Source: Trichoplax adhaerens (Eukaryota; Animalia; Placozoa). Taken from it: DNA of 64,000 nt. The stretch spans positions 3,309,172 to 3,373,171 of the forward strand of contig NW_002060945.1 in NCBI RefSeq assembly GCF_000150275.1. Reading direction: 5' to 3'. The notes below the pieces were generated by a model. That model was not told the origin of the DNA and did not search any database. It saw only the letters and a list, made by a program, of their open reading frames with translations. The number at the start of each line of letters is the position of its first letter. The first letter of the stretch is position 1. The position numbers and the translations under genes were made by a program. Shown here in pieces: positions 28,129-38,902 of the stretch.

Positions 28129-31100
28129 TTATTCCTTTCTCTTTTTTTCCTAAATTAATTTTGTTAAAAGAGTTTTAGATTCGAATTACTGTAAGTATAA
28201 CATAAAGTACGATAACAAATTGATTTTTATCATAGAAATGTAATTATCACTTACTCTGTTGTTATTTTTAGCCAGAATTATAAGGATCTGACGGAAAATG
28301 TTAATAAAGTCCAGGAAGAGATCGACTGAATGCCTGTAAGATTAGAAGGTTAATATTATTTTTAATTATTTACATATTACAAAATTAAGTTTTCTTTACG
28401 ATATCATTTCAATTTAAGTGCAATTACCAGATATAATCCTGGTCTCCCTGCTGGAACTTATATACGATGAGCTGAGTATCGTATAAAACAAAGCCACACA
28501 TGACGAACAAGACCATATATAAATTAATCTAAAATAGAAAAGATAGCAAACAATAAGAATAACATTTAGTGATTGTATTACTAACTACGCTCATTTGGTC
28601 TACTATAACGAAAGTCCTAATACAATTTGGAGTTGGTGGAACTACATAAAATAAGTGATATATCTAGATATTGGTTCAGAAACAACTTTTGGTATCGATG
28701 ACTCTTGTGTCGACCTATAACCGGTTTAAAACAACTTGGGATAACTGGAATATACTTATTACATCTCGTTATATAATAAACGTACATTGAACAGCAATTG
28801 TGATCCCAGAAAGATGTTTAGAAAACCAAGAAAGCATAATGTCGATAGTAATGACATGAGGGTTCCTAAGAAACGCGAAAATTTATTGTTAAAGTGCTAC
28901 TAATTCAAAGAGTCAGTAATTCTGTATTACAAATATTGCGATTGTATCATGCGTTCATACCTCCCATGTATAAGTACTTGCGTTCTTCAGCCCATAAGGC
29001 AGAAAGGGTAAATCCAACAAAGATTAAAGTTGTTGCCAAGAACGCAGTGGGGATAATACTTTCAAGCAAAATGAACAGTCGCACTAATTAGTCGATTATT
29101 ACTCAATGGAAGAGCAATAAAATGTCGATTATACGTAGTAGAAATTTTATGGAATGGTAAAAGAATTTACCTTGGATCGATTTCCAATACAATTTCAAGA
29201 AGAGGTCCAAGTCCTAAGCCTACAATAACGATTCAATTACATTTAGCGTTCAATAATTATAATGGTCTAATAACAAATGTAAAATTGCAAAACAGAAGCA
29301 ACAGTATAACATACGAGATATCTTCAAATAAAAAAATTTGTATATTCAAAATACGTATCATACCAGCTGTTAAGGAAAATCCACAAAGATATCCTGTAAC
29401 ACAAGAAAGATTCATAAGTAACTAATATGTAGCAGTTGAACAGTCGGAATAATTTTACGAATTATAGTGTTTGATCAATTGTACGAAGATATAACATAAA
29501 ATATTAACATATCGTACCAAGACGTCTAAGTTGTGTTTTTCCACCATCGTGTGGTGTTATACCGAGCAAAAGAAGGAACCCAAGAGACAGTATACAGCTT
29601 AAAAGTCCACCCTGTAAAAGAAGAAGGCGATTATTGTATTCTAGATGATATGCTTTGTAACATTGGACAATATTTCGTTTGTAACGATTAACACCAACGG
29701 TTAAAAAATTTGCATATTATAATAAGGGACAATGGTAGTTAAAGAAACGATGTTTCACCTTTGAGCATTTCCTTTCTATACTAACGCAGTGTTGATTAGG
29801 AAAATTTAGTATATACCGTATCGATCATAATTTTAATGCTGCAATACAGTTGAGAAGAGCATTTGAGTATAGTGTATCTACAGTATTGCAGTATTTAGCA
29901 CAATTATTGTGTCGAATTCTCTTCGTAATGTATCATGGGGATAAAATGCGCATCAATCCGTACGATAATCATATATTTGAGGCAAAATTGTGATGATTCG
30001 CGTAGATGACATAAAATAATAATATTACATTCATTTTGAAAACAACAGTTGCGCAAACGGTATAAACCTACTAATTACTACCGCTTGATTTAAGATCGTT
30101 CGTTAATAAGGATTAGACCGAACCTTTCTCAGGTCTACTATTCACCGTATACTAAGCTATGACTGAATTTAAGAAGCCTATAGAGTCATAGTAAGATAAT
30201 GTAGCTATGTATTTTCTTTTCATGTATTGCTTTGTGTAGAATATGTAGCCGTTCATTTGAACGGGAAATTTACTAGTAGCATTAAAATTTACCTTTATGA
30301 AGTTGAAGTACAAGTGGACCATTGAACCTGCTCCAGCAGCAATCATGGAGATAATTAGGCAAGAGTAAACACTCTTTAGATGCTTTTTTGAACCGGCATT
30401 ACTGTAATTAATAAGTATAATCAATGACACCATTACGATAGTAGAAAGATGATAAGTTAAAGTGAAATCAAGTCGAGACAAATCACTTTTTATTCCAATT
30501 GATAGGCTACAAACAAAGTTGATCTATAGCGGATTCATTTCTTACGCGATCGAATCCTGTACAGTAAAGTATGCGTTGATACGCATATGTTATAACAAGA
30601 GTAAGCAGCCGATGGATGCTTTAATCGCTTCATGTTGTGCTTATTCTGTATTGTGGTACATACTGTACTCTATATATTTGTACTGTATCATTCGTCTGCG
30701 GATAACAGGTGTTCCATAGACTTATTACGCTAGATATTGCTCTAGCAGTTCAAAGTCTGTAATCCAACCACAACTTTGATCAATTTTGGTCACTTATGAA
30801 TGGATGGATGCTTCATGTTTTACTTCTCCTGTGTTGTGGTACATACTATACTGTATCATTTGTCTACGGATAACAGGTGTTCTATAAACTTCTAGGCTCA
30901 ATATCGCTGGAACAGTTGAAGTTTGTCATCCAAGCACAACTTTTTAATTTTGGTCACTTTTACTGTACTGTTTGAAAACAAAACTTTAGCATCAATATGT
31001 ATCTTCATTGGTCAATAAACAACTACTCAAATTGACCGTATAATAAGCAGAGTGGCAATCTTTGATATAACGACATTGTCGGTCGATTTCCAATGATCAA

Positions 31101-32373
31101 AGTCCTCCTTTACGATTGAACATTTCCATCATTTACTTTGTAGAACAGTTACCTAAACTATTTTGGATTTTTGGGTGATGAGAAATCAACAGATACGCAA
31201 ACAGAGATGTATTTCTAGTGACTTTGTATAGAACGAAGGCTAGTAGTGGAGTAGAAAAAGCCTTTGGGCAGATGGGCACTTTTTTCCTATCGTATCAACA
31301 TGGTACAAGTTTCTCTATACAACAGTATAAGTCCCTTGCCACTGTACGGTACCGTATAGATCCATTTAGGTGTGTGACGCATTGGATCGAGGCCATTTTT
31401 CGCTACCGAGTCAACTGACTCCGTTGTTGCCTATGTGTTTGAAACTTTGACCAGAATATAAGCTTTTCTATTGGCCAGTAATAGAAACCTATTTATGTAC
31501 TCGAGTCTGAACTATCTACTTGCAAGTCAAGTCGTCAATCAACATCTCGCCAACTCCATTAACTTCCAGTTGGTAGAAATGATGGCGACTGACTATGTAG
31601 TTGATTTCAAAGCTAGGCCTATAAATTTTTAGTCCTATCCTGTACTAAACCTCTAAACTGCTCAATGATCCATTTTTCCTTGACATGATGACCTACAAGT
31701 GAGTCCATTTTGAATGTCAACACGACTTGATTGTACGGCTCCCACTGGTCAAGTTATGGACGGCAAGTTGAATCGAACTGAGCGACGATTGATGATCATG
31801 TTTGCATCCATAGATGAAGGAAAAGAGCCTCCTTGATGCTTTACTTACAGTCAGTAAAGTATACCATCGAATGTAAATTCAGAAGAGATTGTACAACAGA
31901 ATTGAAATGATAGAATCATGTCGGTTAATACTATAGCCCAACTGCTACGATTAGGAATATTGTTGACGGACTGGCTTTGGCATCATTTGGTCAAAGAACA
32001 ATATTATCATTTTGCAGCCGTTGGTGCTCTATCATACAGTGTTTCTAGAAGTCCTCTACTTGTACACTTTCCTTGACTCAAGAATAGTATAGGCCTATTG
32101 CTCTATACACTTTTGGATAATTTTGGTGACACGACACTTCCTCTTCATCGCTAGCTCTTCTAAGGTATCGATCGTGCTATCGATCGTCCTGCAAGTTACC
32201 TATATTACTGTACAGTACACTATTCAAATGGACACTTTACAAAGTGTCTACTGTAGGTATACAATCCAATAGATAAAATCGATCTATTACATGAATATTA
32301 CTGCAACTTACAGATTGGAGAAAGTAGTTAAGGCTTTCAAATTGATAGGCCTTTGGCCGAAAACGGCATCCAT
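28129..32373 (-). CDS. TMBIM6: Bax inhibitor-1 (TMBIM family); first coding intron about 1.9 kb
   Basis: [21 protein letters not shown]|[15 protein letters not shown]...LGLGPLLE...[22 protein letters not shown]...[11 protein letters not shown]...GDQDYIW|[14 protein letters not shown]...EKKRKE*. Confidence 0.95.
30611..30959. repeat. Diverged tandem duplication (about 185 and 155 bp) in BI-1 intron 1
   Basis: Two copies running gatggatgctt...tgtggtacatact...ggataacaggtgttc...cacaacttt...aattttggtcactt. Confidence 0.85.
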
Positions 32374-32565
32374 GTTGGAAAGTATTGAAGTGTAGAGAAG
32401 CTTTGAAAGGTAACAAACTCGATTGGTGTTTAGCCAGGCCAGGGCCAGTGCTGACCTTAATATACTGTACAGTGTACACTACAGTACAGTACAGTACTGT
32501 CGAGTGGCACCGACTGGCCCATAGACTGACCACTCCAAGTCATTACTTACAGTTGAACGTGTACT

Positions 32566-32846
32566 ACGCTTGTGTGGCTGACGGAAGCCACACAAGCGTG
32601 TCAACAACTCTAGTGTACAGTACATCATACTGTAAAAGAAGAGTGTACTGTGCACTGTGCGGTTGACACAGTACTGTACAGTACAGTACTGTACTGTACA
32701 AGACGACTACTTGTGGGCTTGTGGCTGACAGAAGCCACACAAGCGCGTCAACAGCTCCAGCGTACAGTATATTGTACTGTAAAAGAAGAGTTTACTGTGC
32801 ACTGTGCGGTTGATACTGTACAGTGTACAGTACAAGACGACTACTT
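32566..32846. repeat. Two-copy ~150-bp tandem unit with a 14-bp perfect hairpin, upstream of BI-1
   Basis: tgtggctgac(g/a)gaagccacacaagcg...tactgtaaaagaagagt...ctgtgcactgtgcggttga...gtacaagacgactactt occurs twice; acgcttgtgtggct (32566-32579) is the exact reverse complement of 32586-32599. Confidence 0.9.
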
Positions 32847-33309
32847 TCGGTCGTGGCTGGTACCACGTAGGCATTAGCTCGTCAATCGTTAGCAAAACTA
32901 ATGTCACTAAATACCTCTCGATTACTCTACTACTTAGCTAAGAAATGACCTCTGTAGGTGACATTATTTTGGGGACTCCACAGTGACTAAAAGAAGGAAA
33001 AAGTTACATCATGCCAATGCGAAAGGACTTTTCTAGTGCAGTATGTAACAGTACAGTACAGTACAGTATGGTACAGTACCTTACCGTAATCCATACTTAA
33101 TAATCCATACTGAGGCTGCAAGTCTGGAACGCTTCATCGTACCACTGCTCACCACAGTAGTCAACACGGTTACACATAGTCAGCCTTCGACATTTCTGCC
33201 AATGGCCTGCCGTTGTACTGTACAGTACAGTAATTGGTTAAGGAAATTGCCAGCTTCTCGCCATCGAAACTTCACTGTCGTCTACAAGACACTGCCAAAA
33301 TCAGTAAGC

Positions 33310-35070
33310 AAATAGTTGACCTTGTGGTTGCTTCGTCATCGACTCGTTGCTATAGTACGTCGTAAGCATACCAATACCAATATGAAAATGACCAAGAAAA
33401 TCATTGACCTTATAATAGCTATGTCATGTACTGTACATCGTAAACATGCCATTGCCAATATGAAAACGACCAAGAAAATACTTGACCTCATACTTACTAC
33501 GTCATCGAATCGTTGCTATAGTACGTCGTAAACATGCCATTAGTAATATGAAAATGACTAAGCAAATAATGGACCTTCTAGGTACAATGTCACGAATCGT
33601 GGCTATAGAACAACGTAAACACGCTATCGGTAATATGAAAATGACCAAGAAAATTGTCAACGTTATATTTACAAGGTTATCCAGTCATGACTATAGTACG
33701 TCGTAAACACGCCATCAATAATATGGAAATGACTAAGAAAATAGTTGACTTCACAGTGGCAACGTCATCGAATTATTGCTATAGTATGTCGCAAACATGC
33801 CATCGCTAATATGAAAATGACCAAGAAAATACTTGACCTCATACTTACTACGTCATCGAATCGTTGCTATAGTACGTCGTAAACATGCCATTAGTAATAT
33901 GAAAATGACTAAGCAAATAATGGACCTTCTATGTACAATGTCACGAATCGCGGCTATAGAACAACGTAAACACGCTATCGGTAATATGAAAATGACCAAG
34001 AAAATTGTCAACGTTATATTTACAAGGTTATCCAGTCATGACTATAGTACGTCGTAAACACGCCATCAATAATATGGAAATGACTAAGAAAATAGTTGAC
34101 TTCACAGTGGCAACGTCATCGAATTATTGCTATAGTATGTCGCAAACATGCCATCGCCAATATGAAAATGACCAAGAAAATACTTTGACCTCATACTTAC
34201 TACGTCATCGAATCGTTGCTATAATACGTCGTAAACATGCCATTAGTAATATGAAAATGACTAAGCAAATAATGGACCTTCTAGGTACAATGTCACGAAT
34301 CGTGGCTATAGAACAACGTAAACACGCTATCGGTAATATGAAAATGACCAAGAAAATTGTCAACGTTATATTTACAAGGTTATCCAGTCATGACTATAGT
34401 ACGTCGTAAACACGCCATCAATAATATGGAAATGACTAAGAAAATAGTTGACTTCACAGTGGCAACGTCATCGAATTATTGCTATAGTATGTCGCAAACA
34501 TGCCATCACTAATATGAAAATGACCAAGAAAATAGTGGACCTCATGTTTACGACGTCATGAAATCGTTGCTATAGTACGTCGTAAACATGCCATCAGTAA
34601 TACGAAAATGACCTAAAAAATAGTGGATGTTATGATTATCACGTCATCGTATGGCTGCTATAGTACGTCGTAAACATACCATCTGTACTATGAAAATGAC
34701 CAAGAAAATAGTGGACCTTACCATTACATCGTCATGCTATGGTTGCTATAGTACATCGTCAACACGCCATCGGTAATAGGAAAATGACCAAGAAAATACT
34801 AGACATTACGATTGCAACGTTATGAAATCATCTCTATAGTACGTCGTAAACATGCCATCGATAATATGAACATGACCAAGAAAACAATTGACCTTAGAAT
34901 TGCTACGTCATGGAATCGTTACTCTACTACATCGAAAACACGCCATCGCCACTATGAAAATGACCAAGAAAATAGTGGATTCTACCATGCTTGGAATATA
35001 TGACAGCACAGGAAATGATCGCTACGTCATCTAGACCCTCGTCATTTCGTAAACACGCCATAGGCAATAG
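33310..35070. repeat. Satellite-like tandem array: about 20 monomers of 87-88 bp, with a 4-monomer 351-bp higher-order repeat present about 3 times
   Basis: Conserved ctatagtacgtcgtaaacatgccat...aatatgaaaatgaccaagaaaata recurs every ~88 bp; blocks starting near 33482, 33833 and 34185 are almost identical. Confidence 0.97.
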
Positions 35071-35267
35071 AAAAGATCAAGCTAGATCGAGACTGAGGCC
35101 TACCGGTAGCCGATCCAAAGACATTTCGGCCCGAACCGGACCGCTGACACCCCCCCCCCCCTAATCCAAGTCGACTACGCGCTATCATATACCCTCAACA
35201 CGAGCACAGATCCATAGTCAACGATAGTAAGACAAACCATCAGCCTCAGCCTATTTTTCTTCGTCAA

Positions 35268-37829
35268 ATGATTGATACTGTAACTGGATTTCAATCACCC
35301 CTCCCCCACAAATCACAAATTGCAGACGATCAAGCCATGATGGAGAATTGCCATCATTACTACCAATCTTTTGCTAAAAACAGTTTTACTGTCATTCGCC
35401 AATTATTATCCGATGGCTATTTATGTGATGTCGAGCTGCACATCGGCCAATGGCAATTCCCTTGTCATCGATTAATTTTAGCATCATTTAGCTCGTATTT
35501 TCGTAGTATGTTTACATCCAATATGATCGAAACAACATTACATCATATTACCATTCATGAAGTGGACCAACAAGCCGCTAGTATGTTAGTCCAGTATGCT
35601 TATAATGGAGAATTAGCCATCACGAAAGATAATGTTCAAGCACTTTTGGAAACTGCTGTCCTATTCGATGTACCTGATGTCATGGAAGCTTGTAGCCAAT
35701 TTATGAGCAATCATATTGATATACAAAACTGTATTAGCATTTATAATTTTGCTGGATTCCATCATCTAACAACATTATCCAATTATGCAAGGAATTATAT
35801 CTTGGAGAATTTTACTGATGTCTTTCAATCCAATGAAATACAATATTTATCTGAAGATTATTTAATCCAATTATTGAAACATTCCAAATTAAATGTTCAA
35901 AATGAGATGCAAGTTTATTCTGCGGTCAAAAAGTGGATCAATTATGATTATGATGAGCGAAAATTAGCTGCATTCAAGTTACTCAATCATGTCCGATTTG
36001 CCATGATACCACGTCAGCAATTAATACTATTGACTAAAAATGACGATGAATTAATTAATCTTGATCAGCATTGTCAACATTTAATCAATCAAGCTCTTCG
36101 CTTTCAGCTTTATCCAAAGAAAGTTCAAAACATTGAAACCAAACCAAGAGAATCTTATTCAGGCTTATTATATGTATTTTCTTACGCTGATGTTTACAGT
36201 CATTATAATACTGTCGAATGTTTTAGTTATAAGCACCAAAAATGGATAATTGTCCATGATGCACCCAAAAAATTAATGTCAGAAGACTTTGCGGTAACGG
36301 CCAGCGAACAAAACCTTTATACCTTATCTGGCAATCGTAAGTATCATTGCATAGGCTGTATTTATATTTATTTGAATGAGTTCAAACGTCTATCATTTAG
36401 TGTCACCAACTTATGCACAGTATTACATCTTATGTATAGATGAAATTATTACCTTACATATCAAGTCAATGAACTACAATAGCCAATTTTGTAATAATAC
36501 GCTAGACGATTCATAGATCTTTGATCATGGATTATACATAGTTATCGCTTGATTAGTAACTACATGCGATACAATATTAGCTCAAGCAGATCTGAAAAGT
36601 GCACTATAATAATAAAAAATAATACTATAAGTAATTTTTGGGGTAGTACCAAAAAAATAGGCCAATTATTGCATACATATACAGTACACTCACTACAGCT
36701 GTGACTAGTTTTACTGGCAAATATTTTTAATTACACTTATGGAAATGAGAATAGCATAGTACGTATTCATGGTAATCAATTGCAACATTTTACAATGCAG
36801 TAACTTTCAATGTTGAACCAATACATACTTACTAGTCATCGACTAGTAAGTAAACAAAAGCTATAACTATTTATATCTACCGTATTTTACCCTTGCTCTT
36901 TACAAATTATTTAGATAAAACTAGCCATATTATCTCCAATCAGATGTCTTGTTATGATGTTATTACAAAATCTTGGTCTGCTTTTCCATCAGTTCAAACG
37001 CCACGTTTAGAAGCAAGCATTTGTTACTTAAATCAATTATTATTTGTTATTGGTGGTTATAAAATTGACTATAATCGATATACTAGATCATCACGAATTG
37101 CTGAGTCCTATGACACTGACACAGGTTTATGGACTGCACTATCGCCTATGAACGAGAAACGCTTCGGTGCTGGCATTGCAACTATGGATGGCTTAATCTA
37201 TATTGTTGGTGGATTGTCCTATGATAGCAGTAGTACCATCAATTTCTTAAATAGTGGCGAATATTATAATCCTAAAGATAACACTTGGACACCTATTAGA
37301 AATATGAATTATCATCGTTACAAGCTTGGCCTTGTCGCCTTGAATGGTTATTTGTTTGCCATTGGAGGAAAAAGCTACGACTTTGAATGTGGTAATAGTT
37401 TTGTAACTAATTCAGTTGAAAGATACGACCCGGAAGCAGACGAATGGATAGAAATTACAGCAATGTCGGAAAAAAGATTTGCTGCTGGTGTTGCAACAAT
37501 GGGAGGACGAATATGGGCCATAGGAGGTATGCTTGCAAAATTGAAGTGATGCTTTCAGCCTTAGCATCTGGTTGTGATTGATCAACCTAATTGTGATAAC
37601 ATGTGCAATAACGTGATTTACATAGTATACGCGTGCATCAATAATAGGATAATTATATCAATTACACCATTTTATTGATACATTAGGAAAGTGCGATGAA
37701 GACAATGCTTTGGACTCTGCAGAAAATTACGATCCAGTTAGTGGTGAATGGGAAAGTATTCCGCCCATGTGTAATAAAGGATATAACTTATGTGCAATTA
37801 GTATTCAGCATAAAATTTTTATTTCGTGA
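35268..37829 (+). CDS. BTB-BACK-Kelch (KLHL-like) protein, 3 exons (approx. 35268-36336, 36915-37527, 37688-37829)
   Basis: BTB (LCDVELHIG...CHRLILASFSSYFRSMFT), BACK (LNVQNEMQVYSAVKKWINYD) and Kelch repeats (LFVIGGY, IYIVGGL, LFAIGGK, IWAIGG; ERYDPEADEW). Specific ortholog not assignable. Confidence 0.93.
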
Positions 37830-38902
37830 CGTAATTTGCTTGTTGTAGTCAGTAACATGGGAGTATTTTATCATATTATTATATGCAGTTTATCGATAAT
37901 GATGTACTAGATTGTAAGATGGATTAAACTAAGGCTAAATATTATTGTAATATATCATTAATATATAAAGTTATTGGAGAAAAAATCGCATTTACGTACG
38001 TATTTGAAAATATTTTATCGATTTCTGTTTCGTAAATGTACCGAGTATATGTTTGTGCGTCATGCTTCACAGTCTTTAAAAATCGCTTTTATAAAGTTTC
38101 AAGCTGTTCATTCTTGCATACATAAAACAAAATATAACTTTAACTACATACCAGTGAATTTTTAAAAATATGTTAGGACATAGATGATTATACGAAATGT
38201 ACAATAAGAAATTTTTCTAAATCCAAAACCAAATAAAATTATGTTATCTACGGCATTCGTAAATATTCCTTGTGCATGAAATGACCGCATGATGTGTATG
38301 GATACGGAGATTAGTCTTCCATTACATACGATTAAATGGTATTAACGAGACTAGTTAAAGAATCAAGAATAAAAACACAATATACGTATCTATGATTTTT
38401 CTGTATGCTTTCCATTATCATATACAAGAAAAGATATATTTTAACGTTCAACAGCTGACAATGTAATTTAGAAATCCAAGTAGACGATTACGGTTCACTA
38501 TAAGGTACAGCACTATGTTGTAATTGTTGATCTTTCATACAAAGAAAGTCCTACTTTACCAAATCATGATATACAGTACAGTACAACGAATTACAATAGC
38601 TATAGGCACATTGCACAGTATTTGATATGCTGAACGACTAATATTTACAAGACAGTAAATGACTAATCGATGCATAGAGTGATTAAAGATCATAAACTTT
38701 CCTTGATCATAGAGGCTGTTATCGATACAATAACTAAGAAAGTAAATTATTCCTCGCAAGTCTGACGAATCTGTAGTATACAAATATCTTGTAAATTATA
38801 AAAGCACAAGTTATTTTATACGCATATATTTAAAATATCAAACCCAATGGATTTATAATTGAAAGAGCCCAAATTGAAAGATAATTCTTTACGACAGCCT
38901 GT

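Noticed and set aside
32237-32907. Overlapping Cys/Thr/Val/Tyr-rich ORFs (also 6793-7095)
   Set aside because: They are translations of low-complexity tacagt/actgta promoter repeats with no protein features.
33310-34980. Minus-strand micro-exon array (tag|~18 nt|gtaa)
   Set aside because: Only some monomers have GT (others GC or AT), the donor-like word is explained by the palindromic arm, and the would-be introns are more conserved than the exons. RNA-seq could still test it.
33316-35003. ORFs in the repeat array (RRKHAI.NMKMTKK)
   Set aside because: The 88-bp period shifts frame at almost every monomer and the ORFs overlap in different frames; they are by-products of the repeat.
33310-35070. 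CRISPR array (conserved repeat plus variable spacer appearance)
   Set aside because: The variable parts are homologous to each other and recur in the higher-order repeat, there are no cas genes, and the context is eukaryotic and intron-rich.
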